Shown piece after piece: positions 25,534 through 33,667 of a stretch of DNA of 34,059 nucleotides. The stretch lies in the IMG/VR virus record IMGVR_UViG_3300028888_000086; one strand, given 5' to 3'. The DNA is from a virus. Its lineage: Duplodnaviria > Heunggongvirae > Uroviricota > Caudoviricetes. Position numbers and translations under genes: made by a program. Each line of letters opens with the position of its first letter. Positions within the stretch are counted from its first letter, which is position 1. The notes beneath the pieces were generated by a model. The model searched no databases. It was given only the letters and a program-made list of their open reading frames with translations, and had not been told where the DNA came from.

Positions 25534-26634
25534 CTACTCAATGATATCGTATCTATATTCTGTAGTAACAATTTCATCAGTCTTTTTATCAATGATGTAA
25601 TAATAATTTAAATTATAATCATCATTTGAATCAAGAGCTTGAAACATTACACTGTCGAATTTATCAAAATCAATAATATCCTCTAAATCTGCAGTATCTT
25701 CGTCATTCTTTTTTATTATTTTGAATTCTTTAAGCAGATAATTAAGGCATTTAAGAGTTTTTGCTACGTCGATTCCTTGATACTGTTTATCTTTAGGATT
25801 CCAAAACTTTTCAGGAAATGATATTTTATAAGCCATGAAAACTTCAAAGACTCTAACATCATCCTCTTTAGTAAGACCTAAAAATTCTAATAAGTCTTGT
25901 GTAGGTTCAATACAAACTTCATCTTCGCCACCACTTAAAATTTCAGCATCGTAAAACATCTTATTATAGTCTTTGACGAAATCATAAATTCCATCATGGT
26001 TACTCTCAGGATTTTTTTTATAACTTTCTGTAAATTCTGGAGTAATTTCTATAGTTTCAGCGATTCTTTCTTTTGGCTTATTTGGATTTATTCTATCATA
26101 TCCTACGAAACCAACAAGTCTTTTCTTAGGACGGATACAGGTTATTACAATACGTTCCCACATATAAGAAGCTGCTTTATCACAACATCTTACATAATCT
26201 CCTAAATTAAATCCAAATTCAGGATCGAAATATCCAGGAATTTCAAGTAAAAACTCAATATTTTTTCTATTTCTTTCATCAACAACTTCTCTAACACGAA
26301 TTAAATTTCCATTTTCGTGTTGATCTGCATTTACATCTACTCCACTATCTGTGCTATAAAGCATATCTTTGGAGAAATTTTCATTGTTTGTAAATCCGTA
26401 AAATGCAGACTTGATAAATGCATTTTTTTCAAATTTGTTGACCTTTTTAACAACTTTCTTTTCAAAAGTTTTGTCAACTCCCGCTTTTTTCAAGTTTGTA
26501 GTTGATTGTTTTTCTGACTTATTAATATCAGTCAGAAGTTTTTTTACTGCTTTATAGCCTTCAATAGCTAAACCAGCAATAACTGCTCCTATTCCAATTC
26601 CGATAAGAGCGTCTCCGTCAATTTTCCTTTTCAT
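25534..26634 (-). CDS. membrane-anchored hypothetical protein, 366 aa
   Basis: N-terminal ALIGIGIGAVIAGLAI helix followed by an acidic soluble domain. Confidence 0.8.
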   Translation of the reverse strand: MKRKIDGDALIGIGIGAVIAGLAIEGYKAVKKLLTDINKSEKQSTTNLKKAGVDKTFEKKVVKKVNKFEKNAFIKSAFYGFTNNENFSKDMLYSTDSGVDVNADQHENGNLIRVREVVDERNRKNIEFLLEIPGYFDPEFGFNLGDYVRCCDKAASYMWERIVITCIRPKKRLVGFVGYDRINPNKPKERIAETIEITPEFTESYKKNPESNHDGIYDFVKDYNKMFYDAEILSGGEDEVCIEPTQDLLEFLGLTKEDDVRVFEVFMAYKISFPEKFWNPKDKQYQGIDVAKTLKCLNYLLKEFKIIKKNDEDTADLEDIIDFDKFDSVMFQALDSNDDYNLNYYYIIDKKTDEIVTTEYRYDIIE

Positions 26635-26660
26635 AATTTTTTTAATTTTTCTAGGTTATT

Positions 26661-26897
26661 CTAATATTTTCTTTTATTTGACCTAATCGGTTTAGGTCTT
26701 TCAATTGGTTTTACTAACCAGTCTAAACATGTTATTAAAACCGTTGATACCGTAGCAACTAAAATACCGGCAATTATACAATTATTTCCAGCATTTTTGC
26801 TATAAGTTTTAGCATTACGATAATGGTTTGGATTACCATTATTAGTACTTCCAGTGAAGACTTTAGCTGCTCCACTTAAATCGGTTTGATTTGCCAT
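26661..26897 (-). CDS. small single-TM protein
   Basis: CIIAGILVATVSTVLITCL hydrophobic segment and basic tail. Confidence 0.65.
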   Translation of the reverse strand: MANQTDLSGAAKVFTGSTNNGNPNHYRNAKTYSKNAGNNCIIAGILVATVSTVLITCLDWLVKPIERPKPIRSNKRKY

Positions 26898-26908
26898 TTT
26901 TTAACATT

Positions 26909-27154
26909 TTATTTTGTTTTAAAACTCTCTTTAATTTCTTTTCTTTCGCATCCATCCAAAACAAGTGAGGCAATTAATCCCACTACAAAAAAACCTACGG
27001 ATGCAATAGCTGTTATTCGCGTTAATTTTCCACACGCATTTGCAGTCACATAACTGACTTTTTTTACTTTAGTTCTATTCATTTTTTTCTTTATTTTAAT
27101 TAATACTTTGTTAATTTTCGTTTTGAAAATAAAAACACGCAAGTCCTTAGACAA
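26909..27154 (-). CDS. small single-TM protein
   Basis: ITAIASVGFFVVGLIASLVL segment; the start may be the internal MNRTK. Confidence 0.6.
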   Translation of the reverse strand: MSKDLRVFIFKTKINKVLIKIKKKMNRTKVKKVSYVTANACGKLTRITAIASVGFFVVGLIASLVLDGCERKEIKESFKTK

Positions 27155-27199
27155 ACGTGTTTTCGAATATTATGGAAAAATTGTCGGATTAATCTTTAT

Positions 27200-27412
27200 T
27201 TATTCCTGAGGATTCTTCGGATTTTCTTTTTCTTCCTCTACCTGAGACTCCTCTGGAGCAGGAACTTCTTCTTTCTCATCCCTTGAAGCTTCATCTAACT
27301 TATCTTTCAGGTTAATTAATCCTTTCTTAACCCAATCAATGCCTTTTTTAATATATGGTGCGAATAAATATCCTGCAGCTACACCACAAACTGCCCAAGT
27401 TGCTTTTTTCAT
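27200..27412 (-). CDS. small protein with N-terminal hydrophobic helix and acidic tail
   Basis: ATWAVCGVAAGYLFAP, then an EEEVPAPEE-rich tail. Confidence 0.7.
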   Translation of the reverse strand: MKKATWAVCGVAAGYLFAPYIKKGIDWVKKGLINLKDKLDEASRDEKEEVPAPEESQVEEEKENPKNPQE

Positions 27413-27430
27413 TTTATTTATCTCCTTTTT

Positions 27431-27661
27431 TTAACTTTTCCTAATATTATTATTTATTCTCCTGGGATTGTTATTTCCAGTATTGGTATTTCCACTATTT
27501 ACCGGATTTTTAAATATCTTTTTTGATATTGATCTACAAGTAGATCCAATTTGTTTTCTGTGATCATAAATAGCTAAACCTGTTCCTGCAATAAGAATAG
27601 CTAACCCAATCCCTCTCAAAATTTTTCCGAATGTTGTTGTCTCTTTTTTTTCGTTATTCAT
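27431..27661 (-). CDS. small single-TM protein
   Basis: ILRGIGLAILIAGTGLAIY and an Asn-rich tail. Confidence 0.7.
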   Translation of the reverse strand: MNNEKKETTTFGKILRGIGLAILIAGTGLAIYDHRKQIGSTCRSISKKIFKNPVNSGNTNTGNNNPRRINNNIRKS

Positions 27662-27691
27662 TTTCTTTAAAATTTAATTTTACAATTTTTA

Positions 27692-27711
27692 CAAATATGA
27701 GGATTTCAAGG
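27692..27711 (-). promoter_or_regulatory. phage promoter motif copy driving the membrane-protein operon
   Basis: CCTTGAAATCCTCATATTTG. Confidence 0.6.
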
Positions 27712-27724
27712 CTTCTAAATTACT

Positions 27725-28480
27725 TCAAATTTTCATAATTTTAGAAGCACCGTGTTCTTTTATAGCTTTTTCATAAATTTCTAATATCTTATTATTTTTT
27801 GTGATTGATGACATACAAGGTTCAACAAAAACTAATTTATTTTCATAATCTCCAGTCTTTATCATATCAATAACAGTATAGGCTACACAATAATCCTTAC
27901 AAAAACCACAAATATAAACTTTATCATATTTTTGATTTCTCCAGAATTGTTTAACCCCAAATATATTTTCTTCTGTTAATGCCGAAAATGATTCTAGAAC
28001 AGGAATATCACCTTTTTTCTGTATAATATAACTTCTTTTTTTCTTTATACCCCAATTATTTACCTCTCTCATAATTTTTAAAGGAATAGACTGACCATTA
28101 GTACCTTCTAAACAATGATTAGGCCATATAGTAATAGGTCCATATTTATCTATACCTTCAAACATTAAATCATAATCAATTTCATCTTTAGTTGCTATTG
28201 GTATATATCTAGATTGTAATATATCTTCTTTTGTAATTACTGTTCCTGGTTTTACTTTTTCATCCCAGAAATACTGAGAAGATATATGAAATCTTTGATG
28301 TGTATCCTGAGTTATAACAATATCCTTGAAATAATCCATATTCTTTGTTAAAAACTGTACAATATTTTCTACAGCAACATCAGCACCTTCTACATATAAT
28401 TTTCCTGATTTATCTACAAAATCATATTGAGGATCTATAATCAATAACAATGAGTTCTCTACTAAATCTTTTTTTACCAT
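27725..28480 (-). CDS. pncA: nicotinamidase / isochorismatase-family cysteine hydrolase
   Basis: IIDPQYDF (catalytic Asp), TQDTH and WPNHC (metal ligands), KKG (Lys), CGFCKDYCV (catalytic Cys). Confidence 0.85.
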   Translation of the reverse strand: MVKKDLVENSLLLIIDPQYDFVDKSGKLYVEGADVAVENIVQFLTKNMDYFKDIVITQDTHQRFHISSQYFWDEKVKPGTVITKEDILQSRYIPIATKDEIDYDLMFEGIDKYGPITIWPNHCLEGTNGQSIPLKIMREVNNWGIKKKRSYIIQKKGDIPVLESFSALTEENIFGVKQFWRNQKYDKVYICGFCKDYCVAYTVIDMIKTGDYENKLVFVEPCMSSITKNNKILEIYEKAIKEHGASKIMKI

Positions 28481-28502
28481 AGTTATTTTCTTTTATAATT
28501 TA

Positions 28503-28534
28503 CATTGATAAGGCTTTGACATTCTTATATATAG
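28503..28534. promoter_or_regulatory. overlapping divergent pair of phage promoter motifs
   Basis: Minus GTCAAAGCCTTATCAATG (28503-28520) and plus CTTTGACATTCTTATATATAG (28514-28534). Confidence 0.6.
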
Positions 28535-28550
28535 AAAATAAAATATAAAT

Positions 28551-29027
28551 ATGAATACAAAGAAACATAATCAGAGAAAAAGAAAGCGTGGATATAAGAA
28601 TTTATTTTGGTTAGTTAAAAGTACATTAATAGGAAGTAAACAACTGCTACTTTATAATAGAAAACCATATAAAATAGATATATCATATTATGAATATGGT
28701 CATGAATATTATGATAAACTTAAATGGTTTTCCTGTTATGATGAAACTTACTTAAAAAATGATGCTATAAATAAATTTCCAATAACACACAATGATATAA
28801 TACCTGTTAAGATTGTATTAGATTTAGATAATAATAATCCGGACTTATTAATATATAGAAAAAGAGATAATCTATTCATAAGTGATGGTATAGTAAAGTA
28901 TAAAAAAGGAAAAGAAGAGGTTATAGAACTTAGATGTCCCTCTAGAATATCTCCAAAATTATTTCCAGAAATTACAGAAAAAGATGGAATAGTTGGAGTA
29001 AAAATAGAAAAATACAATAAAAATTAA
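28551..29027 (+). CDS. hypothetical protein
   Basis: 158 aa with internally duplicated LLLYNRKP / LLIYRKR and PVKIVL / VGVKIE segments. Confidence 0.75.
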   Translation: MNTKKHNQRKRKRGYKNLFWLVKSTLIGSKQLLLYNRKPYKIDISYYEYGHEYYDKLKWFSCYDETYLKNDAINKFPITHNDIIPVKIVLDLDNNNPDLLIYRKRDNLFISDGIVKYKKGKEEVIELRCPSRISPKLFPEITEKDGIVGVKIEKYNKN

Positions 29028-29035
29028 TTTAAATA

Positions 29036-29416
29036 GTGAAACCTGATATTTGGTACAAAATTGGATGTAATTTAAGAAGTACTAAAGGTATACGTATAAT
29101 ATTAGTAGTAAAACTTAATAATTCTATATTTGCTATTAATTTTTATTGTAAATCTATAAATGAAACTATAATAAAAAAACAATTAGGGATAAAATCTTTA
29201 ATGTTACTAGTTTCAAAATCTATATACATATCTTTAAAAGATCATTTAAGTGTTGATGTTTTTAATATATTTAATTATCATCCAATAAATATTTCTAAAA
29301 ATAAAATATTTATTAGAACTGTTGATAAAATAAGACAGATTTTAATTGATTTTAAATATGATACTAGTAAAAATTTAGAGGTTCAAACAAAAACTTTTTT
29401 AAAAAAATTATTTTAA
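29036..29416 (+). CDS. hypothetical protein
   Basis: 126-aa ORF with a GTG start, tightly packed. Confidence 0.6.
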   Translation: MKPDIWYKIGCNLRSTKGIRIILVVKLNNSIFAINFYCKSINETIIKKQLGIKSLMLLVSKSIYISLKDHLSVDVFNIFNYHPINISKNKIFIRTVDKIRQILIDFKYDTSKNLEVQTKTFLKKLF

Positions 29417-29417
29417 A

Positions 29418-30089
29418 ATGAAAATAAAACAACGATTTTTTAATAGTGAAGATAGTAGAATCCTATTTATTTCAGATCTTCACGTTGGACATAAAAATAT
29501 ATTAAATATAGATAAACGGCCGTATAAAGATATGGTTGAGATGACTGATTATATAATCCAAGAGTTCAACCAAAAAATACGGCCGAATGATATACTATTT
29601 GATTTAGGAGATATGTTTTTTGCAATGAATAATAAAGACTGTCTTGAATTCTTAGATAAAATACCAACTAAAAATTTATATAAAATAATGGGAAATCATG
29701 ATAAACAGGGACAATATCTAGGAACACAGCCAGCCCTTAGAGATAAATTTCTTATGATTGAAGATATATTAACTATTACTATTGTAGATAATAATAAAGA
29801 ATATCAAACAACTTTATGTCATTATCCTATACTTGACTATCCCTATCAATATCATGGAGGAATTCATATATTTGGACATACTCACGGACATATGGACAAT
29901 TGGTGTAATAATCATAATAATTTAATGGTTGATGTAGGTTTTAATGCTTTATTAGCTCAAACATTAGGAACTTTTGTTATTTCCTTTGATGATATTTTAA
30001 ACTATTTTTATAATAAAACTGGTGGAATGGATTTTAAAAAATGGGCAGACGAAAAATATCATGAACCAGAACTTTGGAACGATAAATAA
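29418..30089 (+). CDS. calcineurin-like metallophosphoesterase
   Basis: FISDLHVGH, LGDMF, MGNHD, CHYP and GHTHG. Confidence 0.9.
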   Translation: MKIKQRFFNSEDSRILFISDLHVGHKNILNIDKRPYKDMVEMTDYIIQEFNQKIRPNDILFDLGDMFFAMNNKDCLEFLDKIPTKNLYKIMGNHDKQGQYLGTQPALRDKFLMIEDILTITIVDNNKEYQTTLCHYPILDYPYQYHGGIHIFGHTHGHMDNWCNNHNNLMVDVGFNALLAQTLGTFVISFDDILNYFYNKTGGMDFKKWADEKYHEPELWNDK

Positions 30090-30091
30090 AG

Positions 30092-30111
30092 CCTTGAAAT
30101 CCTTATATATG
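30092..30111 (+). promoter_or_regulatory. phage promoter motif copy
   Basis: CCTTGAAATCCTTATATATG. Confidence 0.65.
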
Positions 30112-30268
30112 TAATAATTTAATAGCGAAGGTAGTGTTGACATGAAAATTGATACATGAAGTGTAGTTTTTTAAATTATTATTAAAAATGTTATTGTAAT
30201 ATTTAAATTATAGTAGCATTTTTATTTTATTTCAAAACATTAACATTAACAATTAAAATTTATATATT

Positions 30269-30646
30269 ATGAAAAACTTAATTAATTTAACAATCTTACT
30301 ATTTATTTCACAAATAGTGTTATCTCAAGAAGTTAATTATACTGTAACTATTTATAATGCAGTATCAAATCAATGTAATGAAAATCCATTAATAACAGCA
30401 GATGGATCAATAATAGATATAAAAAAAGTAGAAAATGGCATAATAAAATGGGTTGCAGTAAGTAGAGATATATTAAAAGAGTTTAAATATGGTGATAAGA
30501 TTGAAATAATTAGTGATGATCCATTAATCTCAGGGGTATATGAAATTCATGATACGATGTCAAAAAGATTTACAAAACGTATAGATATTTTAATGCCTAG
30601 AAAAATAAATAAAGGTAAATGGATTGTAAAAATAAGGAGGGCTTGA
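30269..30646 (+). CDS. secreted 3D-domain (double-psi beta-barrel, peptidoglycan-acting) protein
   Basis: Signal peptide, TIYNA..CNENPLITADG, VAVSRD, HDTM and RIDIL supply the three Asp motifs. Confidence 0.8.
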   Translation: MKNLINLTILLFISQIVLSQEVNYTVTIYNAVSNQCNENPLITADGSIIDIKKVENGIIKWVAVSRDILKEFKYGDKIEIISDDPLISGVYEIHDTMSKRFTKRIDILMPRKINKGKWIVKIRRA

Positions 30647-30660
30647 AATCCTTATAGTTG
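30641..30660 (+). promoter_or_regulatory. phage promoter motif copy driving a non-coding unit
   Basis: GCTTGAAATCCTTATAGTTG overlapping the 3D gene stop. Confidence 0.6.
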
Positions 30661-30975
30661 AGAGGTGAGGCTTGTTGGATACGCAAAGACTTCAAGAGTT
30701 TTACTTAATAGATGATTATATGATAAATAAAAAGTATTCAAATTGATAATAGAATAATAGATTATATTATCAGTACTTAACTCTGGTCGAAATTCCTTCC
30801 TCTCATTTTAACTCGTAAGATACCCCTGAACCTTTACTGTAGATGCCTATGGACGGTTTACGAGATAAGATAACCACTAAAGATTGGGAACTAATACAGG
30901 GCGAAGATTATAAGGAGAAATTTTATAATTCTGTTTTATAATTGGAGTACTAGTCTGATAATAGATTCAGAAATA
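30659..30975 (+). ncRNA. candidate approx. 315-nt structured RNA: 147-nt rod plus pseudoknotted domain
   Basis: TGAGAGG/CCTCTCA, AGAGTT/AACTCT, AAGTA/TACTT and TGATAAT/ATTATCA nested stems. CTCGTA/TACGAG plus AACC/GGTT is crossed by CCCTG/CAGGG. No ORF. Confidence 0.55.
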
Positions 30976-31058
30976 AGATGAATAGAATGAAGTAATTTAT
31001 TCTATTTATTTTTTAGTTAATAAAAAAAGAGAAACCAATTAAGGTTTCTTATTTTATT
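30973..31058. terminator. tandem terminator hairpins between convergent units
   Basis: GAATAGAAT/ATTCTATTT plus T tract, and AAGAGAAACC/GGTTTCTT flanked by A and T tracts. Confidence 0.6.
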
Positions 31059-31059
31059 T

Positions 31060-31728
31060 TTAATCGTATTTAAAATCTGTATGTTTTTTAAAGAATTCTA
31101 TAATATCTTTATTCATTTTATAATTATTTATAATATCATCACTATATGTTTCATGAGTATTTTCATCTGTATATAGTTTTTCTTCTTGTAAAAATTGTTC
31201 TGGTGTTATTTCTTCCCAAAATACTCTATAATTATCTACAACCTTGAGATCCGGACTTTTACTATCTATATACTCTTCTCCATCATAACCTTTCTTTATT
31301 GGTAATTTTCCTATATAAGTAAAGGGATCCATCTTAAAGCCCATCAAATATTCTTCATCCTGTATTTCTTTAAGACTATCTATAAACTCATTCACTTCAC
31401 CAATAATAGCACAGATTTGATACACTACTTCATCCTCTCTAAAAAGCCATCTTAGACTAAATCCATGAGCATTTTTAAGTTCTGGATTCATTTCTTTTTC
31501 TAGTTCTTCTCGAGAATTAAAATATCTATGCATTAATGGTTCATAGTTCCACCATATATCTACTTGCTTATCAAACGGTAATAAAGAAGGTTTAACCCAA
31601 TAATGATAACCTCCTCCACCAGGTGCTATTATCTTTATTACTTTATCTCCTTGTTGTTCTTTTGATGAGAAATATTCCTTCATTTTTTCATAATACTCAT
31701 CTACTGTCCAGATGTTTAATTCTTTCAT
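31060..31728 (-). CDS. hypothetical protein
   Basis: 222-aa ORF with no recognised motif. Confidence 0.8.
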   Translation of the reverse strand: MKELNIWTVDEYYEKMKEYFSSKEQQGDKVIKIIAPGGGGYHYWVKPSLLPFDKQVDIWWNYEPLMHRYFNSREELEKEMNPELKNAHGFSLRWLFREDEVVYQICAIIGEVNEFIDSLKEIQDEEYLMGFKMDPFTYIGKLPIKKGYDGEEYIDSKSPDLKVVDNYRVFWEEITPEQFLQEEKLYTDENTHETYSDDIINNYKMNKDIIEFFKKHTDFKYD

Positions 31729-31796
31729 TTTTATCTATTTTTACCAGTAATCAAATTCAAACTTTCTTGTAGTATAAATAACTTCTAATATAATAT

Positions 31797-31916
31797 TTAA
31801 GTTTCAAAGTCAGGACAATTAGGATCATCTTCATCACATTCACAGTTCTGACAAAAACACCACCAGATTGTTCTTCCAAATCCTTCACTTTCTCTATTTT
31901 TACATTTAAAGCTCAT
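31797..31916 (-). CDS. Cys-rich microprotein (39 aa), not in the ORF track
   Basis: MSFKCKNRESEGFGRTIWWCFCQNCECDEDDPNCPDFET*; A-rich start and a promoter motif at 31994-32013 upstream. Confidence 0.6.
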   Translation of the reverse strand: MSFKCKNRESEGFGRTIWWCFCQNCECDEDDPNCPDFET

Positions 31917-31993
31917 TGTTTAAAATTATTTATTAATAGTTATCCAATTATCTCCTAATAATTTTTTCATAATAATTAATTTATATTTTAGTT

Positions 31994-32013
31994 CTATTAA
32001 TAAGGCTATGAAA
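31994..32013 (-). promoter_or_regulatory. phage promoter motif copy
   Basis: TTTCATAGCCTTATTAATAG directly after a terminator. Confidence 0.5.
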
Positions 32014-32051
32014 ATAAAATAAAAAGAGTAGAAATTTTAATCTACTCTTTA
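32011..32051 (-). terminator. intrinsic terminator
   Basis: AAAAGAGTAGA (32022-32032) / TCTACTCTTTT (32041-32051); same stem as 4421-4451. Confidence 0.8.
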
Positions 32052-32055
32052 ATTT

Positions 32056-32397
32056 TTATACACATCCACCACAACAACCCCAAGAAACATTATTATTAAA
32101 TATTTTCATAAGTTCTTCTATATCTTCTTTATCAAACTCTGGATAATCATCTAAATCCCCAGTATAAATCCAAGGACCAGATTCTACAGTTTCATTCCAA
32201 TCCGTATCAAACCAAACAGATCCTCCAGACATCCAAAAGGGCGGATAATACTGTCTCTGTATTGTTCCATCATCATTATCTTCTATCCAACCATACCCAA
32301 ATTTAGTTTCTTCACCATCTATTTTTACAGTTAAGACACCACTACATAAATTTGGAAATTCACCAGTATAATCAACAAATTCTATTTTCTTGTTCAT
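32056..32397 (-). CDS. hypothetical protein with C-terminal GCCGGC motif
   Basis: YTGEFPNLCSG..FWMSGGSV..WGCCGGCV. Confidence 0.8.
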   Translation of the reverse strand: MNKKIEFVDYTGEFPNLCSGVLTVKIDGEETKFGYGWIEDNDDGTIQRQYYPPFWMSGGSVWFDTDWNETVESGPWIYTGDLDDYPEFDKEDIEELMKIFNNNVSWGCCGGCV

Positions 32398-32822
32398 CTT
32401 CTTATATCTTCAAAATACTCACCCAACTCATTATAAAATTTCTCATATAATTCTTTATTAAAGTCGGGATAATCTTTCTTAAATTCTTTTAATGGTTTTA
32501 TATTATCGAGATACTGAACATCCTCCATAGATAGAATTATTTTTCCATCTAACTTTTGATCCAACGCTTCATAAGAATAATTTACATATCCTCCTGTTAA
32601 AATTGGATCTGCTGGTTCATCTGCTTTATGTACTTCCCCTAAAAATAATATAACCTCACTTATTGGTTTATTAGTGTAAATTGTAGAGTCGTATTCAAGT
32701 ATTGTTTTATCTTCATTACTGTAAATTTCTCCGTCTATTCCAAATAATTCAATACATTTTTCAGGAGACATTAAAATCCCGTTCCACCTACACCAGTCTT
32801 CACCTTCTATAAATTCAATCAT
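32394..32822 (-). CDS. hypothetical acidic protein
   Basis: 142-aa ORF with overlaps on both sides. Confidence 0.75.
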   Translation of the reverse strand: MIEFIEGEDWCRWNGILMSPEKCIELFGIDGEIYSNEDKTILEYDSTIYTNKPISEVILFLGEVHKADEPADPILTGGYVNYSYEALDQKLDGKIILSMEDVQYLDNIKPLKEFKKDYPDFNKELYEKFYNELGEYFEDIRR

Positions 32823-33141
32823 TTTCTTGTTGTTTTTCTAATTGTTCTATATATTCTAAAGGTGAGTATCCAGGCGGTAAAGTAGTTATATTTTTAAACC
32901 CATTTTCTTCTGTTATTAAAGATTCGGATTCTTTTATAGCTCCTTTATGTTTAGATCCATAGTCACCCTCTATCTTTTTTGTTGCTGGATTTATGTCTCC
33001 CCAATCAATTCTCTCGCCACTGTCAATAGGTTCAATATAATAAGTTTTTCCGGTTTTTAGACTTTTAACTATAAATCTTCCTGTATCATCACTATTTACT
33101 AAGAAATTTTTAATAGCTTCATTTTTCATAGTATTCTTCAA
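32815..33141 (-). CDS. conserved hypothetical protein
   Basis: DDTGRFIVKS..YYIEPI..WGDINPATKK..ITEENGFKNI; globular-looking and tightly coupled to the Tpt1 gene. Confidence 0.8.
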   Translation of the reverse strand: MKNTMKNEAIKNFLVNSDDTGRFIVKSLKTGKTYYIEPIDSGERIDWGDINPATKKIEGDYGSKHKGAIKESESLITEENGFKNITTLPPGYSPLEYIEQLEKQQEND

Positions 33142-33667
33142 TTATATATTTTTGATTTATATATTCAGTTAACCATACATTATTATTAGACTTGAAAAAT
33201 TTAATACCATCTTCTTTCATTTTCTTAGTATTTATAGACAAAACTACAGGATTTCCATGTCTAGCTCCAACTTTCTTAGCTGTTTCGATATCACTAGAAA
33301 GATGAACATGTTGCCTTTTTCCTTTTAATATGCCTTGTTTATAAATTGACTCTAAGAATTTGCTAGAAGTTCCATGATATAAGACGTCTGGGGGTAATTC
33401 TTCTTTTAACTCAACATCAACATCAATAGAGTGTCCTTGTCTTGCTCTTATTTTAGTTTTATCTTTATTAAATTCATATCGCTGTTTATCATTAGTTTCA
33501 ACAATTTCTTCTAATAACTCTTTTGTATATTGATGTGATTTAATAAGCTCATCTACTTTTCTCCAGCCATTTTTATCAATTAATCCTTTTTCAAATCCCT
33601 CTTTATCATGTCTTAATAAAAATGCTAAATGTTTTCCTTGTTTTATTATATCAGACATTATTTTCAT
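33119..33667 (-). CDS. kptA: RNA 2'-phosphotransferase Tpt1/KptA (NAD+-dependent)
   Basis: LLRH, DKQRY, IRARQGHS, LYHGT, RQHVHLS and GARHG are the Tpt1 signature motifs. Confidence 0.93.
   Translation of the reverse strand: MKIMSDIIKQGKHLAFLLRHDKEGFEKGLIDKNGWRKVDELIKSHQYTKELLEEIVETNDKQRYEFNKDKTKIRARQGHSIDVDVELKEELPPDVLYHGTSSKFLESIYKQGILKGKRQHVHLSSDIETAKKVGARHGNPVVLSINTKKMKEDGIKFFKSNNNVWLTEYINQKYIIEEYYEK

Noticed and set aside
30137-30165. Sigma70 promoter from TTGACA
   Set aside because: No TATAAT-like -10 at 16-18 nt spacing; the unit already has the phage motif at 30092.
30812-30864. TPP riboswitch or glmS ribozyme (AAGATACCCCTGAACCT and GATGCC resemble their consensus segments)
   Set aside because: The TPP CUGAGA and GAUC..UAAU elements are not conserved, the glmS segment order is wrong, and no downstream gene is on the same strand.
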